Of a stretch of DNA of 64,000 nucleotides, positions 45,801 through 59,289 are shown one piece after another. Origin of the DNA: Chiloscyllium plagiosum (Eukaryota); the NCBI RefSeq assembly GCF_004010195.1, contig NC_057760.1, positions 4,128,104-4,192,103 of the forward strand, written 5' to 3'. The notes under the pieces were generated by a model, which saw nothing but the letters and a program-made list of their open reading frames with translations, had not been told where the DNA came from and ran no database searches. Position 1 is the stretch's first letter. Every line of letters begins with the position of its first letter. The position numbers and the translations under genes are program-made.

Positions 45801-47639
45801 CTTCCAAAGACTTACAATTTAGCGAAAAGTCAGGGATGTGGGCAGAGGGGGCAGGGTTGCCTTGTCAGTTAAGAATGAAATTAAATGTATGGCACTGAAT
45901 GACATCAGGTCAGATGATGTGGAGTCTGTGTGGGTGGAGTTGAGGAAACACAAAGGCAAAAAAACCATAATGGGAATATGTACAGACCTCCCAGCAGCGG
46001 CCAGGACCAGGGACGCAAGACATACCAGGAAATAGATAGGGTATGTCAGAATGGCAAGGTCACGGTGATCATGGGGGACTTCAATATGCAAATGGTCTGG
46101 GTGAATAATGTTGTTGGTGGATCCAAAGAAAGGGAATTCATGGAATGCTTACAGGATGACTTTTTGGAACAGCTTGTGATGGAGCCCACATGGCGGCAGG
46201 CTATTCTGGACTTAGTGCTATGTAACGAGCCAGACTTTATAAAATATCTTAAAGTAAGGGAACACTTAGGAGGCAGCGATCATAGAGTTCAGTCTGCAGT
46301 TTGAAACAGAGAAGGCAAACTTGGGGGATGTAATGGTGTTACAGTTAAATAAAGGTTATTGCAAAGGCACGAGAGAGGAATTGATGAAAATCAACTGGAA
46401 GCACAGCCCAGTGGGGGAAGAGGGTTGGAATGTAAAAGCAATGATGTGCTACTGAGATTTTATAAAGCTCTAGTTAGGCGCCATTTAGAATAGTGCGTCC
46501 AGTTTTGGGCCCCACACCTCAGGAAGGACATACTGGCACTGGACCATGTCCAGCGGAGATTCACATGGATGATCCCTGAAATGGTAGGCCTAACATACGA
46601 TGAATGGCTGAGGATCCTGGGATTATATTCATTGGCGTTTAGGAGGTTGAGGGGAGATCTAATAGAAACTTACAAGAAAATGCATGGCTTGGAAAGGGTG
46701 GACGCTGAATTTGTTTCTGTCAGGCAGGGATACTAGGACCCGTGGCACATCCTTAAAATTAGAGGGGGTCAATTTAGAACGGAAATGAGGAGACATTTCT
46801 TCAGCCAGAGAGAGGTGGTCCTGGGGAATTCATTGCCATGGAGTGCAGTGGAGGCCATGACGGGTGATTTCAAGGCAGAGATTAATAAATTCTCAATCTT
46901 GCAAGGAATTATAGGCTACGGGGACAGTGCAGGATAGTGGCTTTGAAATGCCCATCAGCCATGATTGAATGGCGAAGTGAACTCGATGGGCTGAATGGCC
47001 TTACTTTCACCCCTATATCTTATGATCTTATGGCCTTAGATAGCAACGTTACGGTCTGGGCTACCTACTTAAAAATGTTGTCAGGAGTCGGGCCTGGTCC
47101 ATAACACTATCTATCGCTCCAATCCCATATGATTTGATTTTTCACGACAGGCTTGGGACTTTATCACAAATATTTCTGAAAATCTAAACATAATGTTTAG
47201 ATTGCTTCTCCATAATTTATCCACCAGTTGGTTTCTCAAATATGATGCTCATTTCATAAACCTATGTTGACTTTGTCTTTGCCCAATATTTTCAGTACGA
47301 GCAATTTCTCCAAAACCGCTCATTTACTAATTTCATTCTATTTCCTTCTTCTGACTAGACTTAGGTTTCCTGTTATTGATAGGAAAACTTTAGTTTTACT
47401 TTCTTCTGTGAAGATAGAACTGAAGTAGTTGTGTCATAGTTCTGCCATTTCCCTATTTTCTATTGTTCATTCTGTGATTTCAGACTGTAACAAAGCTACA
47501 CTTGTTTTCTCTAACCTTTTGCATTGGCGTAATTTTAGATGCCATTACAGTTAACTCTTATAACCATTGTTAAAATACTCTTCAATTTTTGTCTGATGCT
47601 GCTCAATAATTGACCTTCTACGATCATATAATCACAGTA

Positions 47640-48150
47640 GCATAGTCTCTATACTGTCAAAAATACAGCACAGTCTGCATTAGTCCCACTTTCCTACACG
47701 AGGCCCCCAATGGTTAATGTGGTGATGCTTGAAATGCTCATCCAAGTACTTTTTAATGCCTGTGAGGTTATCCGTGGCAACTACCCTCTGAAGAAGGTGC
47801 ATTCCAGACCCCAACATCAACTCCCTCTCCAAACCTCAAACCATTAATTTAAAAACTATACTTCTTTGTTTTTTGGCCCTGTCACTAAAAGGAACAGCTC
47901 TGCCTGTCCACCCTGTCCGTGCCCCTCATAAGACTATTCTTCAGAATGACATCCCCCTAAGCCTTCTCTGCTCCAACGGAAAAAACCTGTGCTTATCCAG
48001 CTTCTACTCATAGCTGATATGCTCCATCCCAGGGAATATCCTGGTGAATGTCTTCTGCACCTGCTCCAGTGAAGTCACATCTTTTCTATAATGTGGTACA
48101 CAGAACTGCACACAGTATTCAATCTTGGCTTAACTGCAAACCTGTGTAAC
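47640..48150 (-). mobile_element. Old CR1 3' fragment
   Basis: Minus strand GAATACTGTGTGCAGTTCTG and downstream 3' region. Confidence 0.7.
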
Positions 48151-49235
48151 TCTGCTTTTTCCACTCCACTCTTCATTCACTCTGATGTCTCACACCTGCA
48201 GTTCTCAGTATTTCCACATTCCTGAAAAATGTACTACGAAGACTCTGCCAAGAATGCCTGATGGGGAGTAGTTTTCCTCCTCACTTCCCAAAAGTCTCAT
48301 TGGTCTTTCTCCCACTTCCAGCCCCAGTCATCTCCTCTGCCCTGAAGCTCTTTGACTACATCTCGAGACAGACCCATTACAGCAGCTATGTACTTCAAAA
48401 CCTGCCTTTGTAACTGGCTTCTCACACACGGAGTGCAAACAACATTCAGACCATCTCAATTTAGACCTAACTGTGACCACCAGCAAATCCAGAATCTTCA
48501 GTTACGTTTCTCCCTACGGATCCTCAGCTCCATGCTCGTAGCCATGCATTGTCATCTTCTCTTGGTGTAGTCAGCTTGCCTCAGCTCAGGTCCTCACTCT
48601 CCCAGATCTGCAAAGCACCCCAACTGTTCTTCTTCCACCGAAACATCCAAACCCTCAAACAACACTATGTCTCCACTCTGTCAGACATCAAACAGAGCAA
48701 GGACACCAAACGCTGTCGCACTGACCTCCAGACCAGACCCTCCTTGACCATAAGGTCATAAAGTCATAGAGATGTACAGCATGGAAACAGACCCTTTGGT
48801 CCAACCCACCCATGCCGACAAGATATCCCAACCCAATCTAGTCCCACCTGCCAGCACCCAGCCCATATCCCTCCAAACCCTTCCTATTCATCTACCCAAC
48901 CAAATGCCTCATAAATGCCACATCCTCTGGCAGCTCATTCCATACACGTACCACCCTCTGCGTGAAAAAGTTGCCCGTTAGGTCTCTTTTATATCTTTCC
49001 CCTCTCACCCTAAACCTATGCCCTCTAGTTATGGACTCTCCGACCCCAGGGAAAAGACTTTGTCTATTTATCCTACCCATGCTCCTCATAATTTTGTAAA
49101 CCTCTATAAAGTCACCCCTCAGCCTCCGACGCTCCAAGGAAAACAGCCCCAGCCTGTTCAGCCTCTTCCTGTAGGTCAGATCCTCCAACCCTGGCAACAT
49201 CCTTGTAAATCGTTTCTGAACCCTTTCAAGTTTCA

Positions 49236-49568
49236 TGTTGCAGTTGTATAAGACTCTGGTGTGGCCGCATCTGGAGTAGTGTGTGCAGTTTTGGTCGCCA
49301 TACTATAGGAAGGATGTGGAGGCACTGGAATGGGTGCAGAGGAGGTTTACCAGGATGTTGCCTGGTATGGTAGCTTTACTCAGTGAGTCGTGAGTTCATG
49401 GAATGCCCTGCCAGTAGCAGTGGTGGACTCTCCCTCTTTATGGGCATTTAAACAGGCATTGGATAGGCATATGGAGGATAGTGGGCTAGTGTAGGTTAGG
49501 TGGGCTTGGAATGGCGCAACATCGAGGGCCAAAGGGCCTGTACTGTGCTGTATTTCTTTCTATGTTCT
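49236..49568 (+). mobile_element. Short internally deleted CR1 3' fragment with 8-bp TSD
   Basis: AAGTTTCA at 49228-49235 and 49569-49576. Confidence 0.88.
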
Positions 49569-51277
49569 AAGTTTCACAACATCTTTCCGATAGGAAGGAG
49601 ACCAGAATTGCATGCAACATTCCAACAGTGGCCTAACCAATGTCCTGTACAGCTGCAACATGACCTCCCAACTCCTGTACTCAATACTCCGTCCAATAAA
49701 GGAAAGCATACCAAGCACCTTCTTCACTATCCTATCTACCTGTGACTTCATTTTCAAGGAGCTATGAACATGTACTACAAGGTCTCTTTGTTCAGCAACA
49801 CTCCCTAGGACCTTACCATTAAGTGTATAAGTCCTGCTAAGATTTGTTTTCCCAAAATGCAGCACCTCGCATTTATCTGAATTAAACTCCATCTGCCACT
49901 TCTCAGCCCATTAGCCCATCTGGTTCCAGATCCTGTTGTAATTCGCAAGACCTCCAATTTTGGTGTCATCTGCAAACTTACTAACTGTACCTCTTATCCT
50001 CACATCCAAATCATTTATATAAATGACAAAAATTAGAGGGCCCAGCACCGATCCTTGTGGCACTCCACTGGTCACATGCCTCCAGTCTGAAAAACAACCC
50101 TCCACCACCACTCTCTGTCTTTACCTTTAAGTCAGTTCTGTATCCAAATGGCTAGTTCTCTCTGTATTCCATGAGATCTAACTTTGCTAATCAGTCTCCC
50201 ATGGGGAACCTTGTCGAACACCTTACTGAAGTCAATATAGATCACATCCAATGCTCTGCCCTCATCAATCTTCTTTGTTACTTCTTCAAAAAACTCAATC
50301 AAGTTTGTGAGACATGATTTCCCACGCATAAAGCCATGTTGACTATCCCGAATCAGTTCTTGCCTTTCTAAATACATCTACATCCTGTCCCTCAGGATTC
50401 CCTCCAACAATTTGCCCACCACCGACATCAGGCTCACTGGTCTATAGTTCCCTGGCTTGTCTTTACCGCCCTTCTTAAACAGTGGCACCACGTTTGCCAA
50501 CCTCCAGTCTTCCAGCACCTCACCTGTGACTATCGATGATACGAATATCTCAGCAAGAGGCCCAGCAATCACTTCTCTAGCTTCCCACAGAGTTCTCGGG
50601 TACACCTGATCAGGTCCTGGGGATTTATCCACATTTAACCGTTTCAAGACATCCACCACTTCCTCCTCTGTAATCTGGACATTTTGCAAGATGTCACCCT
50701 CTACTTCCCTATAGTCTATATCTTCCATATCCTTTTCTACAGTAAGTACTGATGCAAAATATTCATTTAGTATCTCTCCCATTTTCTGTGGCTCCACAAG
50801 GCCACCTTGCTGATCTTTGAGAGGCCCTATTCTCTTCCTAGTTACCCTTTTGTCCTTAATATATTTGTAAAAATCCTTTGAATTCTCCTAAATTCTATTC
50901 GCCAAAGCTATCTCATGTCCCCTTTTTGCCCTCCTGATTTCCTTCTTAAGTATACTCCCACTTTCTTTGTAATCTTCTAAGGATTCACTCGATCTATCCT
51001 GTCTATACCCGACATATGCTTCCTTCTTTTTCTTAACCAAACCCTCAATTTCTTTAGTCATCCAGCATTCCCTATACCTACCAGCCTTCCCTTTCACCCT
51101 GACAGGAATATACTTTCTCTGGATTCTTGTTATCTCATTTCTGAAGGCTTCCCATTTTCCAGCCGTCCCTTTACCTGCAAACATTTGCCTCCAATCAGCT
51201 TTCGAACGGTCTTGCCTAATACCGTCAAAATTGGACTTTCTCCAATTTTGAACTTCAACTTTTAGATCTAGTCTAGA

Positions 51278-51572
51278 TTGGGTGGCACTGTGGCACAGTG
51301 GTTAGCACTGTTGCCTCACAGCGCCAGAGACCCAGGTTCAATTCCTACCTCAGGTGACTGACTGTGTGGAGTTTCCACATTCTTCCTGTGTCTGTGTGGG
51401 TTTGCTCCAGTTTCCTCCCACAGTCCAAAAATGTGCAGGTTAGGTGAATTGGCCATGTTAAATTACCTGTAGTGTTGGGTGAAATGTAGGGGAATAGGTC
51501 TGGGTGGTTTGCGGGTCGGTGTGGACTTGTTGGGCCAAAGGGCCTGTTTCCACAGTGTAAGTAATCTAATAT
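51278..51572 (+). mobile_element. V-SINE (HE1-like)
   Basis: GGGTGGCACTGTGGCACAGTGGTTAGCACTG...GGTTCAATTCC...GGACTTGTTGGGCCAAAGGGCCTGTTTCC...AATCTAAT. Confidence 0.93.
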
Positions 51573-53102
51573 TAATGTCTATCCTTTTCCATCACTATTT
51601 TAAAAAAATAGAATTATGGTCGCTGGCCCCAAAGTTCTCCCCCACTGACATCTCAGTCACTTGCCCTGCCTGATTTCCCAAGAGTAAGTCAAGTTTTGCA
51701 CTTTCTCTAGTAGGTACATCCACATACTGAATCAGAAAATTGTCTTGTACACACTTAAGAAATTCCTCTCCATCTAAACCTTTAACACTATGGCAGTTCC
51801 AGTCGATGTTTGGAAAGTTAAAATCTCCTACCATAACTACCCTATTATTCTTACAGTTAGCTGAGATCTCCTTACAAGTTTGTTTCTCAATTTCCCTCTG
51901 ACTATTGGGGGGTCTATAATACAATCCCAATAAGGTGGTCATCCCTTTCTTATGGGGATAAGAATAACTTCCCTGGATATATTTCCAGGAATATCCTCCC
52001 TCAGCACAGCTGTAATGCTATCCCTCATCAAAAATGGCACTCTCCCTCCTCTCTTGCCTCCCTTTCTATCCTTCCTGTAGCCTTGTCCCTGCTTGCCCTG
52101 ACTGTTTGACTCACGTCTGTTCTCAGCTGTACCCGTCTCAGATTGATCTCTTTCCTCACTATCTCCCTCCCCCCCCACCCCCCACTTTGCTAGTTTAAAT
52201 CCTCCCAAGCAGTTCTAGCAAATTTCCCTGCCAGTATATTATTCCCCTTCCAGTTTAGGTGCAATCCGTCCTTCTTGTACAGCTCACTTCTACCCCAAAA
52301 AAAGATTCCAATTATCCAAAAATGTGAATCCTTCTCCCATACACCAGCTCCTCAGCCATGCATTCATCTGCTCTATCCTCCTATTTCTGCCCTCACTAGC
52401 TCGCAGCACTGGGAGTAATCCAGATATTACTACCCTTGAGGACCTCCTTTTAAAATTTCTGCCTAACTCTCTATAATCTCCCTTCAGAATCTCAATCTTT
52501 TGTCCCTTCCAATGTCATTGGTTCCAATGTGGGCAATGACCTCTTGCTGGCCCCTCTCCCCCGTGAGAACATTCTGCACCCTCTCTGAGACATCCTTGAT
52601 CCTGGCACCAGGGAAACAACACACCATTCTGCTTTTTCGCTGCTGGCCACAGAAATGTCTGTCTGTACCTCTGACTACAGAATCCCCAAACACAACTGAT
52701 CTCTTGGAAGCCGACGTACCCATCGTTGCATTAGAGCCAGTCTCAATACCAGAAATGTGGCTGTTCGTGCTACGTTCCCCTGAGAATCCATCACCCCCTA
52801 CATTTTCCAAAACAGCATACCTGTTTGAAATGGGTATATCCATAAAAGTCTCCTGCACTAGCTGCCTACCTTTCTTACCCTTCCTGTAGTTAACCCATCT
52901 ATGTGACTGTATCTGAGACTTCCCCCCTTCCTATAACTGCCATCCATCACATACTGTTGCTGTTGCAAATTTCTCATCGCTTATATCTGTCTCTCCAACC
53001 GATCCACTCGATCTGATAAGATTCACAGCCAACAGCATTTATGGCTGATATAATCTGAAGTAACCCTTAAACTCTCTTTAAACTTCCACATCTGACAAGA
53101 AG

Positions 53103-54297
53103 TCTGTCGTCTGCAAGGTGTTAGAAAGGATTCTGAGGGATAGGATTTATGACCATCTGGAAGAGCATGGCTTGATTAAATGCAGTCAACCAGGCTTTGT
53201 GAGGGGCAGGTCATGCTTCACAAACCTTATCGAGTTCTTTGAGGATGTGGCTAGAAAAGTTGATGAGGGTCGAGGTGTGGATGTGGTGTATATGGACTTC
53301 AACAGGGCATTTGATAAGGTTCCCCATGGTAGACTCATTCAGAAGGTCAGGAGGAATGGGATACAGGGGAACTTAGCTGTCTGGATACAGAATTGGCTGG
53401 TCAACAGAAGACAACGAGTGATAGTAGAAGGAAAATATTCTGCCTGGAAGTCTGTGGTGAGTGCTGTTCCACAGGGCTCTGTCCTTGGGCCTCTACTGTT
53501 TGTAATTTTTATTAATGACTTGGATGAGGGGATTGAAGGATGGGCCAGCAAGTTTGCAGACGACACAAAGGTTATTCTTGGCAGTGTGGAGGAACAGAGG
53601 GATCTTGGTGTGCAGGTACATAGATCCCTTAAAATGGCCACCCAAGTGGACAGGGTTGTTAAGAAAGCATATGGTGTTTTGACATTCATTAATAGGGGGA
53701 TTGAGTTTAAGAGTCGTGAGATCCTGTTGTAGCTCTATAAAACTTTGGTTAGACCGCACTTGGAATACTGCGTCCAGTTCTGGTCGCCCTATTATAGGAA
53801 AGATGTGGATGCTTTGGAGAGGGTTCAGAGGGGATTTACCAGGATGCTGCCTGGACTGAGGGCTTATCTTATGAAGAGAGGTTGACTGAGCTCGGACTTT
53901 TCTCATTGGAGAAAAGGAGGAGGAGGGGACCTAATTGAGGTAAACAAGATAATGAGAGGCATAGATAAAGTCGATAGCCAGAGACTATTTCCCAGGGCAG
54001 AAATGACTAACACAAGGGATCATAGTTTTAAGCTGGTTGGAGGAAAGTATAGAGGGGATGTCAGAGGCGGGTTCTTTACACAGAGAGTTGTGAGAGCATG
54101 GAATGCGTTGCCAGTAGCAGTTGTGGAAGCAAAGTCATTGGGGACATTTAAGAGACTACTGGACATACATATGGTCACAGAAATTTGAGGGTGCATACAT
54201 GAGGATCAGTGGTCGGCACAACATCGTGGGCTGAAGGGCCTGTTCTGTGCTGTACTGTTCTATGTTCTATGTTCCATGTTCTATATTCTATGTTCTA
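53103..54297 (+). mobile_element. 5'-truncated CR1 inserted into ORF1 of the minus-strand CR1
   Basis: ORF 53118-53732 is an RT core with an internal deletion after FADDTKV. (TGTTCTA)n tail at 54255-54297; AAGT on both flanks. Confidence 0.92.
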
Positions 54298-54879
54298 AGT
54301 ACATATCACTGCAAAGGCCATTTTTGCTCCTCCACAATTTACAGACCCAGAAAATAACACCGTTTTATTCCTCTACGAACACTGCCCCAGGATAAATTAA
54401 TAGCTAAGTTTAATAAAGAGACTGATCTCCAAAAACATATAATCAAGAAAGAATCCACTATACTCACTACTGCAACCTTTCTCTTGGACAGACTTAAAAC
54501 AACAATAAACTTATCTGATTCTGTGCTGTGAACTTCGCCCAACAGTTTCTCCAAGATTAATTGTGAGTCCCAGTCCAGACTCGATGCCCATACTCCCCCT
54601 ACATCCTTCTAACTAATTAATCACGTTGTCCACCCAGCCTCCTCCACTGCTGAAGACAGTCATTTACATGTTACTTCCAGTCATCACTGGCCACAAATCC
54701 TTGGCCTCCACCAATGGACATGTCACTTCCGCCAATGTTACTGACTGTGCCACTTCTACGGATTACAACAGCTCCATGACTGCTGCCTCTGTTGTTGCCC
54801 CCATACCCTGACTGCTACCCCCACCATCCTCACTGCTGCCCCCTAACTTCAGTGCTGACCCCACCACCACCACTGATGG

Positions 54880-54978
54880 GCAGACTCCACACAGGCAGGC
54901 GCTCAAAGCTGGAATCGGACCCAGGTCCCTGGCACTGTGAGACCTCAGTGCCAGCCACTGAGCCACCGTGCCGCCCAT
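54880..54978 (-). mobile_element. V-SINE 5' (tRNA-derived) fragment
   Basis: GGGCGGCACGGTGGCTCAGTGGCTGGCACTG... on the minus strand. Confidence 0.85.
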
Positions 54979-57329
54979 CCCAAATGATTTCACACAATCT
55001 GGGATGTTGAACACTTTATCCAGTGCCTCCATCTACTTCTTTGAAAGTGAATCTCATCCACCCTCCGAAGATCCCTTCTGCCATCTCCAATAAACTCCAT
55101 CCTCCTGGACACCCTATCCTGGCCTCTGAATCTCGATTGACCTGTTCAGTTCCAAGAGTCATCATGACATCAACTGCCTCAATCTCTCCACCCCTCTCAC
55201 CGACTCTAACCTCCCGCCCTCACAAATTGCAGCCCCCCAGTCCCTCTGCTCCAACCCCAACCACACCATCAAACCAAGGGAGGTGAGGTGGCAGTTTGGC
55301 ACACCGACCTGTACCTTGCTGAATCCCCATGCTGACACCTCCACTTTTTGCCCCCTCAATCATGACCTGACCTCTCATCACCAAACCACTCGGACCTCCC
55401 CTCCCCACTGACACACTCATCCACCTGGAAGAACTGATCCTCACGCTTAACAACTTTTCCTTTGAAACCTCCAACTTCTTACAAACTAGAGGGGTGGCTT
55501 TGGGTACCCACATGGGTTTCAGCTATGCCTGTCTCTTTGTAGGGTTGTCACTCTTCCAGAGCTACATCAGTATCATTCCTTACCTTTCCTCCATTACATC
55601 AATGACCGTATCAGTGCTGCCTCTTACTTTGAATGGTTCATCCACTTTATCTATACTTTCTATCCTAATGTCAAATTCATCTGGACCATCCCTGACAGAT
55701 TCCTCCCCTTCCTGGACCTCCCTGTCTCCATCTCCAGCAATCAACTTGGCACTGACATCTGTTAGAAACACTCGACTCCAATAGCTACCTCGACGACGCC
55801 TCCTCCCAACCCATCCTCCATATCTTCAACCCCATACTCCCAAATCGTCCACCTCTTGTGTACCTGCACCCAGAATGAGGGATTCCACTCCAAGACATCC
55901 CAGATGTCTTCCTAGTTTAATGACCACAATTTTCTCCCATCAGTGATCAACAATGTGCTCAAATGCATAAACTGCATTTCCCACACCTCTGCCCTCAAAA
56001 GACCCAAGCACAATCATAGCAGTGTTCCTCTTGTCCTCACAGTCCACCCCATTAATTTGAATCCAACGCATCATCCTCCACCACTTCTGCCACCTGCAGT
56101 CCAACCCTACTATCAAATAGATTTTTTCCTCCCGACCCCATCCACTTTTTGCAGCAACGCCCTCTAACACCTTCAGTAGGCAATCTTGCCCTCTGAAGAT
56201 TTAATCTTTAGAACTTCCATTGCACTTCTTCTGTGGTCTTTCTGACTTCCTTATCAATTTATTGGTCCTCCTTTGCGAAGTCCTACGTTTCTCTAGATCC
56301 ATGGCTTACCACAATATCTGGCATTTTCTCAGCCACTTGCTTTGATCGAATGCAATCTCTAACTTCTTTTATTATCCATTGTTACGTCAACCCTCTGATT
56401 TGCTGTTTGCACCTTGGGAGATACATGTATATTGTATATCTTACAGCGGTTATAAAATAACAGATATTTCCTGACTTCCATTAAACCTTTTTCATGTATT
56501 TTTCCAACTAGCTCCTCATACTTTTATGCTTTGGGTGACTCAGGTTTATAACCATAATTTCAAAAGGAACAAAACTGTTTTCTATTCCGATACCTTGTAA
56601 AATTATGGTCACTACTCCCACTTCAACAGGGTTTCAATTAACTCTCCTGATCACACAATTCCGAAACAGCCTGATCTCTGGTTTGGTGCTCAATGTACTG
56701 GTTAAGCAAATCACCTCATGTGCGTGCATGAAATCCACTTTCCCAGATTAGCTGTCACTTGGGTTAACACAGTTTAGATGAAACTTAAATTTGTACATTA
56801 TTACGGCAGTACCCATAAATCTGTATATGTAATTTCCTGTTTTAAAACACGCCCAACGATTGTCTTTCCGTTTTAACCTGAAATATAACTCCCAGCAGTG
56901 TTTGCTTCTCCTTGCTGTTTCTGGGATCCACCTTACCAGATTCGGCAGAATCTGAGCAAGGTGGGCTCTGGAGAGATTCAGGTGAGATGTTTGGCGCGAC
57001 CTATCGTGATGTTGAGGTAATCTCAACGCGTGTTATTTGATCTACGCAAATCTCATTGGGACGTTTTCACTAGATCTTCCTTGTGCTTGTGGGGTAGAGA
57101 TGAACAATGATTTTTCAGCAGTGCTGTGCGGACAGCTGACACCCAGCTCTAACCTGGGTGGGAATCTTAGAGCAGGCTAGCAAAGAACTGCTGCCACTAT
57201 ACAGGATCTTAGTGAAATCAAGTCTGGAATCTGAGTGAGATTTAGTCTCCTCATTGATGAAAAGATATTGTTACATGAGAAACAGCTCAGGGCTGGTTCA
57301 CTCAACTGATTCATGTTAACTCATAAGGT

Positions 57330-58346
57330 CAAGATGATTAGTTTGATCCATCGAACAACTGAAGGAGTCAGCAACAGAAGCTAATGATGAGGGCAGAGCA
57401 ATGGACATGATCTACGTAGACTTCTGTTAGGCTTTCAACAAGGTTCCTCACGTTAGACAGGTTAGCAAAGTTACATCACATGGAATACAGGGAGAAAAGC
57501 CATTTAGATACAAAACTGGCTCAAAGGATGAAGGCAGATCGTGGTGGGAGGCAGTTGCTTTACAAACTGGAGGCCTGTGACGTTCCTGATAAAGGGCTTA
57601 TGCGTGAAACATGGATTCTTCTGCTCCTCGGATGTTGCCTGACCTGATGTGCCGCTCCAGCACTACACTCTTGACTCTGATTTGCAGTCCTCACTTTCTC
57701 CAAGCCTGCGACTAGTTGTGTGAAACAGCAAACTGTGCTGACCCCAGTGCTTTGTGTCATTTATTCGTAAATATATTGAGTATAGGTGTTGGGAGGTCAT
57801 GTTACAGCGGTATAGGACATTTTGAATATTGTGTGCAATTCTCGTCTCCTTGCCAGAGGAAGGATGTTGTGAAACTTGAAAGAGTTCAGGAAAGATTTAT
57901 AAGGATGTTACAAGGATTGGAGACTTTAGGGAGAGGCTGAATCGGCTCATGCTATATTCCCTGTAACAATGGTTGAGGGATGACCTTATAGAGGTTTATA
58001 TGATCTTGAGGGACACGGATAGGGTAAAATGACAAAGTCTTTTTCCTGAGGTGGGAAAGTCCATCATTAGAGGGCATAGTTTTAAGGTGAGAGGGAAAAG
58101 ATTTTAAAGGGATCTAAGGGGCAACTTTCTGACATAGATGGCGGTGCGTGTACTCAATGAGGTCCCAGAAGAAGTGGATACAGTTACAGCTTTTAAAAAC
58201 CATTTGGATGTCTATACGAATAGGAAGGGATATGGGCCAAATGATGGCAAATGGGACTAGGTTTATTTAAGATGTTTGATTGCCATGAATGAGTTTGACT
58301 GAAGGGTCTGTTTCTGTGTGATATATGTCAATGTCTCGATGACTCT
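57330..58346 (+). mobile_element. Degenerate CR1 with a PLE tail insertion (~57580-57702, decayed hammerhead)
   Basis: HFEYCVQFSSP...LERVQERF. The insert CTGATAAAGGGCTTATGCGTGAAAC... is flanked by GGCCTGTGAC/AGCCTGCGAC. Confidence 0.82.
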
Positions 58347-58384
58347 AATTAAACAACAAATGGAGTATCCATTCTGCTTTTTCA

Positions 58385-59210
58385 TCATGTCACATAGGAG
58401 CAGCAGAAGTATATTCAGGCCTTCGGCCATGTTACACCAGATAAGGACGAGGCTATTCGGCCCCCAGAGCCTGATATACAGTTACAGAAAGAAGCCAAAC
58501 AGCCCATCGAGCCGATAACATTGAACCCAGAGTAGTCCATGTAGTACCAGTATCCTGTTACACAGCAACAGGATCAGTCCATTTAGCTTCCTCAAATCTG
58601 TAACACAGGAACTGAAAGAAGCCACAAAATAATTGAAGGTTGTTACACGAGAATAAGAGGAGAGTATTCACCCCATCAAGCATGTTGCCCCGGAATTGCA
58701 GAAAGATTAAACAAAGTTTTTTTCTGGGAAAGGCAGCACTAATTCAGCCAGGTGTCTGCTGTATGGGAACAGGAGAAAATCAATCACTCTCTCAATCCCA
58801 TTTCAGAGTTGCAGGAGGAGAACTGTTCACAATCTTGATCTGCAATGGAGGAACACAGGGAGGCCCTCCAGTCCCTCAAACTCTTAGACAGCAACAGAAA
58901 GATTCCATAAGCCCTCCAACCTCTTGCACATCAACAGAGTGACAACAAGCAGACCTTGAGCCTCTTACCTGGGAACAAGAGTAAGATACTTTAGCCTTTT
59001 AGAGTATAATGTAGGAACAACAGGTGGAAATTCAGCCCACCGAGCTTACGAGCCAGGAACAGAATGGGTCCATTAAGCCACTGATGCCTCTGCACAGCAG
59101 TTGGGGCAGATCATTTACAACCTTGAGCCTGTCTTAAAGGAATTCAAAGGGAATACACAGATTACAGAAAGGGAAACATTTAGCACAATCGTCTTCACCA
59201 GGGAATAGAA
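58385..59210 (+). repeat. Decayed ~42-bp tandem array (consensus approx. ACAGGAACAGGAGGAGGCCATTCAGCCCCTCGAGCCTGTTAC)
   Basis: Recurrent GCC(A)TTCAGCCC...GAGCC(T)GTTACACAGGAACAG motifs. Adjacent GAGCC anchors near 58467 and 58509 are 42 bp apart. Confidence 0.72.
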
Positions 59211-59289
59211 AGTAGTGAGCAAAATGTTGGGATTTAGGCCAAATGGTTTTTAAAAGCTGTAATTGTACCAGCCTCCACCACTTCTTCTG

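Larger units (their letters stand above)
38715..47035 (+). mobile_element. CR1 LINE (ORF1 38715-39600, ORF2 start; resumes ~45770-47035) split by a ~5.9-kb nest of younger elements
   Basis: VVIGDSIIRRTD (GDS esterase) and LYLNAHSI...LGITETW at 39890, resuming with MYRPP, IMGDFN and GGSDH after 45770. Confidence 0.88.
48755..54570 (-). mobile_element. Essentially full-length CR1 LINE including 5' UTR and ORF1 start, with three nested insertions
   Basis: ORF1 start ATGGCCTTTGCAGTGATATGT (~54321) continues at ~53100; VFGDSVVRGTD, AHIGTNDIGR, YYRPP, VGDFNFP, ASDH, NYRPVSL, FADDTK; 3' tail at ~48760. Confidence 0.93.
48290..56170 (+). mobile_element. Old Penelope-like element (5' part ~48290-48750; remainder ~54570-56170) split by a full-length CR1
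   Basis: RT remnants ELILTLNNFSF...FLQTRGVALGTHMGFSYACLFVG and HYINDRISAA (YIDD-like). Assignment of the 48290-48750 piece to this element is less certain. Confidence 0.7.

Noticed and set aside
56940..56985. Possible 42-bp + strand micro-exon (ACCAG|ATTCGG...TTCAG|GTGAGA)
   Set aside because: Splice-like ends only. No recognisable peptide or partner exons, so it cannot be supported without RNA data.
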